A stretch of 64,000 nt of DNA, from NCBI GenBank assembly GCA_036170915.1, contig JAVHQC010000006.1, forward strand, positions 128,001-192,000, given 5' to 3'. Source of the DNA: Cyanobacteria bacterium auto_48_18. Lineage in GTDB: Bacteria; Cyanobacteriota; Vampirovibrionia; Obscuribacterales; Obscuribacteraceae. The position numbers and the translations under genes are program-made. Within the stretch, counting starts at the first letter, position 1. Every line of letters starts with the position of its first letter. The notes under the pieces are model-generated. The model saw only the letters and a list, made by a program, of their open reading frames with translations, ran no database searches and was not told the DNA's origin. Positions 57,704-64,000 of this stretch are shown piece after piece.

Positions 57704-60021
57704 ATAAGCTTTTTAATTACTTCCAGTATGCTGCTTTGTTGCTCATCACCTTTGACTATAAAATCGTCAGCACCTGCTGCCATTCCTTCTTCTCTATGTT
57801 CTTTACCTGCCAATGATGTGATTAGCACCACCGGTAGCTCTTTTAGCGCGTCAGAAGCGCGAATCGCTTTTAGTAATTCAAAACCATTGAGCAGAGGCAT
57901 TTCAACGTCTGTAAGCACCAGATCAAATGTATCGAGTTTGAGTTTGTTCAGTGCGTCCTGCCCATCGACAGCCAGGGTAACTCGATAACCTGCAGCTTCC
58001 ACAATGCTGCGCATAAAGACGCGTGCTGTGACCGAATCGTCAACTATAAGCACCGATTGCTTACTATTGTTTTCATCTTCGCGATCAAGCATGGCCGCCA
58101 GTCCTGACGCTAATTTTTGATCTTGCATAAAACGAGTGTTGACGATAGTTTCCACTAAGTCACTAATATTGAGCACCAGGGCGACTTTGCCATCAGCAAG
58201 AATGGTGGCGCCGGCAAAATTATTTAACTGCCCTAGTGGATAGCCGAGTTTCTTTACCAAAAATTCTTGTTCAATCAAAATTTGATCGACAATCAAACCG
58301 GCTTTTTTATCTCGATAGCTGAGTACGAGCATCTCAAGATATTTAAATCCACGTGACTGGCTGTGGGTAGAATGTATTGGCGCAGCCGGTAAATTAAGGG
58401 CTTTTGCTAACGATGCTACCGGAAGAACTTGGCCATCTACAATAAAGGTTTCGCGCTCATCAACTATTTCTAGTGCCAGCGGGTGAACTCTAATGGCGCG
58501 GTTCAAACCTGCTAAGGGCACCACGAAACGCTGGCCGGCCGCCTCTACCAGCACACCCATGAATGTGGCTAGAGTAGTGGGCACAATAATGCGAAAGCTG
58601 GTGCCTACGCCTCCTGAGCTGGTAAGCTCAATGCGCCCGTTCAGTTCTTCAATTTTTTCTTTGACGATAGCCAACCCCAATCCTCGGCCGGAAAGTTCGT
58701 TCACCGTCTCTCGTGTGGAAAAATCAGGCCTGAAAATCAAGGCATAAACTTCGTCAATGCTTAAGGCCACAGCCTCTTTCTCAGTCAATAATTGCTTTTT
58801 AATGGCTGAGCGGCGCACCGCTTCTTCATCAATGCCTCTGCCGTTGTCGACAATCACTATTTCAATCGTTTCACCGTTCAACTGTCTGGCCGACACTGTC
58901 AGCTGCGCTTGCCTTTTGCCGGCAGCGTGGCGCTCAGTGGTGCTTTCAATGGCATGATCCATAGCGTTGCGAAGTAAGTGAACAAGCGGGTCTTTAAGGC
59001 GTTCTAAAATTCTACGATCGATTTCAAGTTCACCACCCTCGATAATTAAGTGCACATCTTTATCAAGTTCGCGATTGAGCTCTCTTATCAGTCTGGGAAA
59101 AACCTCAAAACAACTTGCCACAGGCAGCATGACTAAAGTTTTGGCGCTTTCAAGATAGCGATTGATAGTTAAGGCCGTAGTGTTGCCGTCTCGAGCCGCT
59201 CCCCGCGCCATGCCTGTCACTTTAGACTGCACCTGTTGAGCCAGGCTGAGAAGAGCACGTCTTTCTTGCGGAGACGAAAGTAAACTGACTTCATCTGTTA
59301 AATGCGTGACCAGACTTTTCAGTTGCTGTAATTGTTGCAACTGTTCGCCGGCTTTTGTTTTGACTGTAATCAGCTCTTCTGATTCGGAGAGCAGTCTGTC
59401 CAACTTCTCGAAAGGCACACGCACTGACGTTAGGTTGTCTATCACCACAGGCGATGGTGCAGCTTGAATTTCTTGCGGCGTAGACTTCGTTGCTGAAACG
59501 TCATTTTTAGGCGGCATCGGCTCTTTCTTCACATCGACTTTTTGGTCTTCTGCGCGGCCGAAAATGTCATAACTGTTGGCGTCTTGGGAAACTGCAACTT
59601 CCATGTTAATGTCATCGCTCTCAAGTATCGCAGCAAGAATCTTTTTTACTTCCGCTTTGATCTTTTCTTTGCCGCTTAGATTATCATCGGCCAGCACCAC
59701 GAGCTCGTCTAACAATTCAAGACTGAGAGTGAGCTTGTGCAAATCGGTGGGCTCAATGGCGCGATTGTCTTTTTTATGATTGCTAAGCGCTGTCTCCAGC
59801 CACTGGCAAATTGTTACTGCCTGACTTTCGCTTACGGCCCGAGCTGCACCTTTAAAGCTGTGCAGAAGTGAAAGTGAACGACTGATATGTGGTAGCTGGT
59901 CACCATATGTAGTACCGGCGTCAGTTAACGCTAAAAGTTTCTTTTGCACCTCCGTCAAAAGCTCGCTGGCCTCTTCTCGGTAGGCCTCTTTTAAACGGCG
60001 ATTAAAGTCTTCATCGGTCAA
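57700..60021 (-). CDS. cheA: Hybrid CheA histidine kinase (HPt-HATPase-CheW-REC; WspE-like)
   Basis: LHSFKGAAR, DPLVHLLRNAMDH, DNGRG, SGRGLGL, GATILADG, C-terminal REC. Confidence 0.94.
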   Translation of the reverse strand: MTDEDFNRRLKEAYREEASELLTEVQKKLLALTDAGTTYGDQLPHISRSLSLLHSFKGAARAVSESQAVTICQWLETALSNHKKDNRAIEPTDLHKLTLSLELLDELVVLADDNLSGKEKIKAEVKKILAAILESDDINMEVAVSQDANSYDIFGRAEDQKVDVKKEPMPPKNDVSATKSTPQEIQAAPSPVVIDNLTSVRVPFEKLDRLLSESEELITVKTKAGEQLQQLQQLKSLVTHLTDEVSLLSSPQERRALLSLAQQVQSKVTGMARGAARDGNTTALTINRYLESAKTLVMLPVASCFEVFPRLIRELNRELDKDVHLIIEGGELEIDRRILERLKDPLVHLLRNAMDHAIESTTERHAAGKRQAQLTVSARQLNGETIEIVIVDNGRGIDEEAVRRSAIKKQLLTEKEAVALSIDEVYALIFRPDFSTRETVNELSGRGLGLAIVKEKIEELNGRIELTSSGGVGTSFRIIVPTTLATFMGVLVEAAGQRFVVPLAGLNRAIRVHPLALEIVDERETFIVDGQVLPVASLAKALNLPAAPIHSTHSQSRGFKYLEMLVLSYRDKKAGLIVDQILIEQEFLVKKLGYPLGQLNNFAGATILADGKVALVLNISDLVETIVNTRFMQDQKLASGLAAMLDREDENNSKQSVLIVDDSVTARVFMRSIVEAAGYRVTLAVDGQDALNKLKLDTFDLVLTDVEMPLLNGFELLKAIRASDALKELPVVLITSLAGKEHREEGMAAGADDFIVKGDEQQSSILEVIKKLI

Positions 60022-61655
60022 TTAGTAGCCTCTGGCACCGGCAACTGAGAAAGTATGGCTGAGATTTGTTTGTCTACTGGCGTGTAAAATTCTTTCAATT
60101 CCTGATAGATACTTTTTGCTTCTCGCCAGCGGTTTTTGACGCCGCATTCGGCTAACTGAGTGGCTTTTTTAGCCATGTGACTGAGCCCCAGAGAAGCACA
60201 TGGACCTTTAATCGAATAGGCGAAATGGCTGACAGCTTCTGAGTCTTTAGACTCGACTGCTAGCTCAAGACATTCGACAAATGTTCCGGACACACCTACA
60301 AAAAGACGCAGAATAGCTTCTGACTCAGCGGCACCATAGGTGCTTTCTAGTTGTTTGATATCGATGGGCCCTTCGGCCGATCGCGATGAGAGTAATGAAG
60401 ACGGTTCTCGAGCGTCATCAAAAAGCACCACCCGGGCACGGTTTGCTCGATTTTGTTCGCCCCCTTCAGTTGTTTTGGCTGGCAACCATTTTGTGATTGA
60501 CTGCCGCAAAAGAGTTTCAGGCGAGCCTTTTGTAATAAAGTCATTCATTCCGGCCGCTAAACACTTTTCTCGATCACCTTCACGGTCATAAGCGGTGACC
60601 GCAATAATAGGAATTTGCGATTTTTCCTGTTCAAGAGCACGAATTTGAGTGGTGGCTTCATAGCCATCTACCTCAGGCATATCGCAATCCATTAAAATTA
60701 AATCGAAGTCTGCCGAGCGCACTGCGTCTACTGCTTCGCTGCCGCTTTTGACAAGAGTAACTGCAAAACCCATGCGCTCAAGCTGCAATTTCAGCAATTT
60801 TTGATTGACTGCCACATCATCGGCCACCAGTACTTTTACATCGTCGCCGGCAGTCTCTTTTCCTCGTTTCTCGGCTTCCTCAATGTCAGCATGATCGTGC
60901 ATTGCTAGTTGGTGTTCTTTGTTGGCGCTGTCAGCCAACTCGATATCCTGACTTCTTACCCGAGTAAGTTTGCGACTGAGCATGTCTAGCTCTTTGCTGG
61001 CCAGGGTGATGTTGTCTAGCCGCTGTTCGAGCTCACCGCAAAGATTGCTTAGCTCGTTGACAACCGCCACGTGCTCTGTGATATCGGCTAGAAAAGCGAT
61101 TACGCCGCCAATTTCACCGCTCTCCGGACCGGCCAGAGTAGAAACAGTGACGCGCAGCCAGAGTGGTCTGTCTGTCTGCCCTGGTCTTTTGACAATAATC
61201 TCTGTATCTTCCAGTTTTTTCGCCGAACCGCTTAAAGCTTCGGCCCATGGCAATTCTTTGTCAGTCAGATGCGTCGTGCCGTCGGTTTTAAAAAGCCCGT
61301 GAGCATCGCCTTCGTCGGCATTGAGGCTGCCAGCAAGTAGATATTGGGCACGGTCATTAAAGAGCAGTTTTTCGCCATCGGCGCCAAAAACCATCGCTCC
61401 CACTTGCTTGTTGGACAATATCGATTTGAGAATGCGGGGGAACTCAAGCAGCGGTTCCACTCGTGAATTTTGGGCGCTGAGCAAACCGGTAAGCTCAATC
61501 GTCATTCGCTCGAGTTCAGGCCGAAGCTGATTTTTCGTCTGGTCTATGCCTTGAAGAGTGATCTTCAAATCGTCCAGTTGCAAAATTAGTCTCTGCACTG
61601 GGGCTTCCCATTCCACCGTCATTTTGTAACCACCACTTTTAAAACTCAGGGGCAT
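60018..61655 (-). CDS. PAS-REC-HPt-like signalling protein without a kinase core
   Basis: PAS-like region (ELPWAEAL...WLRVTV...DITE), REC (VLVADD, ILMDCDMP), HPt-like AYSIKG; no H-box or HATPase. Confidence 0.78.
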   Translation of the reverse strand: MPLSFKSGGYKMTVEWEAPVQRLILQLDDLKITLQGIDQTKNQLRPELERMTIELTGLLSAQNSRVEPLLEFPRILKSILSNKQVGAMVFGADGEKLLFNDRAQYLLAGSLNADEGDAHGLFKTDGTTHLTDKELPWAEALSGSAKKLEDTEIIVKRPGQTDRPLWLRVTVSTLAGPESGEIGGVIAFLADITEHVAVVNELSNLCGELEQRLDNITLASKELDMLSRKLTRVRSQDIELADSANKEHQLAMHDHADIEEAEKRGKETAGDDVKVLVADDVAVNQKLLKLQLERMGFAVTLVKSGSEAVDAVRSADFDLILMDCDMPEVDGYEATTQIRALEQEKSQIPIIAVTAYDREGDREKCLAAGMNDFITKGSPETLLRQSITKWLPAKTTEGGEQNRANRARVVLFDDAREPSSLLSSRSAEGPIDIKQLESTYGAAESEAILRLFVGVSGTFVECLELAVESKDSEAVSHFAYSIKGPCASLGLSHMAKKATQLAECGVKNRWREAKSIYQELKEFYTPVDKQISAILSQLPVPEATN

Positions 61656-61720
61656 TTTAACTCAGTGCCTATGCTCTATACAATAATAATAAGGTCGGCG
61701 TGGCAACCGGAGGCTAATCA

Positions 61721-63172
61721 GTGCAACTAGAGCAAGAGCTTTTAGCCAGGCTGAATGAGGCTCTAGCTGTCACTATCGGCATTCATTTTGAAGCCGATAG
61801 ATTACCTTTTTTGCAAAAAGCATTGATCTTGGCCGGTTCTGAGATGGGGTATAACGATGCCGCACAAGCCCGGGAGCTGGCCGAGAAAGTCTGCAGACAG
61901 TCGGCTACCGCTGAAGAATTGGGTGCTCTGGCAAGGCACCTGACGGTAGGTGAGACGTATTTCTTTCGTGATGCGAAAGTTTTTACTGAACTCGAGACTG
62001 TCTTGGCCGAATTGCTGGCCAAGCAGTGGCACAAAGACCGTGTGTTGAGAATTTGGAGTGCGGGGTGCTGCACCGGCGAAGAAGCATATTCGTTAGCTAT
62101 GTTGATCACCACCTTGCTTTCTGGTGATGGCAAATTTGGCTCATTGAGCCAATGGCAAATTGAAATTTATGCAAGCGATATTAATCGAGATTTTTTAAAA
62201 AAGGCCGAAAGTGGTGTTTATAGCGCCTGGTCATTCCGCGGGGCGGATGGTGACGACCAAATTAAAGCAAAATTTTTCACAGCCTTAGCTGACGGCTCTT
62301 TTGTGATTAATGAGGCGATCAAAAAGATGGTGACGTTTTCATATCTTAATTTGGCAGATGATTATGCTTATCTTGATGTCTTGTGCTGTGAGCCACTGAA
62401 TCTGGTGCTTTGTCGCAACGTTCTGATTTATTTTGCCCCCAGCGTTGCCGGCGCCGTCTTAAGCCGTTTGAGTGCAGCTCTGGCTGCGGAAGATGGCTTT
62501 CTACTCCTGGCTCCCTCCGATCTTCCAGCTGCAGGCACCATTGCTCATTTGCGGCAGAGTCCAAAGTCTGCTTTACCGTTATTTGAACGGGCGGCTTTAA
62601 CCAAAACAGTGGAGAAGACAAACAATAGGCCTCAGCTTGATGCTGAGAAATATGAGTTGGAGTACGCTAGAAAATTGCTTCGTCAGGGTGAGTACCAAAG
62701 CTGCGAACGGGTAATCAATAAAGCGGTAAAGAGCTTATCACTCGGGGCTCGGCGGCGCTTAGACAACACCTTACAGCAAAAGTTTTTAGAGCTAAAAGTC
62801 AATTTGCTCATGAGCTGTGGGCGCCTTGACGAAGCGAGTCGCGAGGCATCGCTGTTGGTGGCGCTCAATGACCGGTATCAGTATTTGTATTTGTTGGCAG
62901 TGGTTTTGCAAGAGAAGGGTGAACTCCTGCCTGCCGAAGAATTGTTGCTGCAAGTACTGCAGAAAAAAGCTGATTTTTGCGCTGCTTTACTGATGTATTC
63001 GTCATTGTTGCGGCAAAGGGGCGAGAAAAAATACGCCGCTGAACAGTTGATCAAATTGCGCTCAATTCTATTAAAATTGCCTGCAGACGAATTGGTGGAG
63101 TACACAGGCGACCTTTCAGTCAAAGAATTGCTCAGTACCGTCGATAACCTGCTAGGTGAAGTTGATGAATAG
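61721..63172 (+). CDS. cheR: CheR methyltransferase with C-terminal TPR (WspC-like)
   Basis: TVGETYFFRD, IWSAGCCTGEEAYS, CRNVLIYF, TPR-like C-terminus; GGAGG RBS. Confidence 0.92.
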   Translation: MQLEQELLARLNEALAVTIGIHFEADRLPFLQKALILAGSEMGYNDAAQARELAEKVCRQSATAEELGALARHLTVGETYFFRDAKVFTELETVLAELLAKQWHKDRVLRIWSAGCCTGEEAYSLAMLITTLLSGDGKFGSLSQWQIEIYASDINRDFLKKAESGVYSAWSFRGADGDDQIKAKFFTALADGSFVINEAIKKMVTFSYLNLADDYAYLDVLCCEPLNLVLCRNVLIYFAPSVAGAVLSRLSAALAAEDGFLLLAPSDLPAAGTIAHLRQSPKSALPLFERAALTKTVEKTNNRPQLDAEKYELEYARKLLRQGEYQSCERVINKAVKSLSLGARRRLDNTLQQKFLELKVNLLMSCGRLDEASREASLLVALNDRYQYLYLLAVVLQEKGELLPAEELLLQVLQKKADFCAALLMYSSLLRQRGEKKYAAEQLIKLRSILLKLPADELVEYTGDLSVKELLSTVDNLLGEVDE

Positions 63173-63692
63173 CGGCGGTGACCGTCATCTAATTAAGCAG
63201 ATTTTGCGCTCGCGGGCACGTTTGTTGGCCAGGCCGCATGTTGTTGAGCAGAGTCCTGATAAGGTTTATGACCTCGTGGAATTTTCCATTGGCACCAGGC
63301 ATTTTGCCTTTGAAGCGAAATTTGTTGATGAAGCTTTTGGTATCAAAGACGTAAGCCCCGTGCCGCAAACCAGTGAACTGGTCTTAGGCATTACCAATGT
63401 GCGCGGACAAATGGTCACGGTGATTGATTTGAATGTGTTGCTCGGGCTTAAGAGCGAACACAGCGGACCAGCGGACGGTTTAATTTTGCGATTTGGTGCC
63501 TTACGGTTGGCGGTGCGTGTTGACCACGTGCTTTCAGTCAGGCAAATCGATGCTGCTGAACTCTCCGCTAGTTTCACCGGTTTATCTGACAGATTGGCTA
63601 GCTTTTCACTTTCCCTGTCGAGCGACATGCTGATAATTCTGGATGCCAAGCGCATTTTCACTGATGCCATGATCGTTCAATTAGCCGGATAA
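63156..63692 (+). CDS. cheW: CheW coupling protein (WspD-like)
   Basis: ILRSRARLLA N-terminal helix, VLGITNVRGQMVTVIDL. Confidence 0.88.
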   Translation: MKLMNSGGDRHLIKQILRSRARLLARPHVVEQSPDKVYDLVEFSIGTRHFAFEAKFVDEAFGIKDVSPVPQTSELVLGITNVRGQMVTVIDLNVLLGLKSEHSGPADGLILRFGALRLAVRVDHVLSVRQIDAAELSASFTGLSDRLASFSLSLSSDMLIILDAKRIFTDAMIVQLAG

Positions 63693-63833
63693 AGTAATCG
63701 TATTGCCGGTAGCGAGAGGCTTTTGCAACTTGACTGATACTTGCTCTGGTATCAGCCGGTAACTTTGTTGCCACCCGGGTATAAGAAAAGGGCAGAAGAT
63801 AACTGCTGCGCGACATTCGGGGGGAATGTTTCA

Positions 63834-64000
63834 ATGTCTGATAATCGGAACCTTTCGGGTGAGCAAGTAACTGGATTTGTCGCACGCTTTGACAGTCAGG
63901 TGACTCTGCTCAAAAACGCCGTAGAAGAAGTAAGGCGTGCCTCGAATGCGGCGTCAGGTTTAGAGAGGGCCACAAGAGCTCTACTCACCGATGGTGGTGC
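63834..64000 (+). CDS. Hypothetical protein, 3'-truncated by the window edge
   Basis: Open frame MSDNRNLSGEQVTGFVARFDSQVTLLKNAVEEVRR... after a G-rich RBS-like run. Confidence 0.55.
   Translation, partial: MSDNRNLSGEQVTGFVARFDSQVTLLKNAVEEVRRASNAASGLERATRALLTDGG

Noticed and set aside
61667..61684. GCCTATG-ctcta-TACAAT as a partial fourth copy of the 55-bp element at the other block boundary
   Set aside because: Spacing is off by one and there is no palindrome; TACAAT is more simply a -10 box for cheR

Overview
A gene-dense bacterial chromosomal window. Several features point to a non-photosynthetic relative of cyanobacteria (Melainabacteria/Vampirovibrionia, probably Obscuribacterales; inference only): a short 3-POTRA Omp85/BamA ending GFGEKF, cyanobacterial-type LptD, zwf-opcA, efp-accB and glyA-wecA synteny, and no photosynthesis genes. 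Housekeeping genes are valS, efp-accB-accC, a tRNA(CAT), tmk, recO and glyA. The window also holds an outer-membrane biogenesis locus (POTRA-only duplicate, bamA, skp, lpxD, lpxC, two DUF4139 paralogs, convergent ROK kinase and lptD), selD-yedF, an oxidative pentose phosphate operon, a putative polyprenyl-linked surface glycosylation cluster (WecA, two GT-C-like proteins, GtrB-like GT2, DprE1-like) and a rearranged Wsp-like chemosensory cluster. No transposase, integrase, prophage, rRNA or CRISPR array was seen. The best unexplained signals are: (1) a 55-bp dispersed intergenic element in three copies, made of tandem TACAAC-N6-GTTGTA palindromes; (2) a second 29-30-bp palindrome family in two copies; (3) an AAC-N17-CGTC ECF-type promoter in front of both bamA and lptD; (4) a SRAP protein ending in a beta-clamp motif (QLSLF); (5) a kinase-less PAS-REC-HPt protein with His replaced by Tyr; (6) a small domain shared by two genes in the islet after the tRNA; (7) a 45-aa membrane microprotein absent from the ORF track. 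All calls come from reading motifs by eye; no database search was run.
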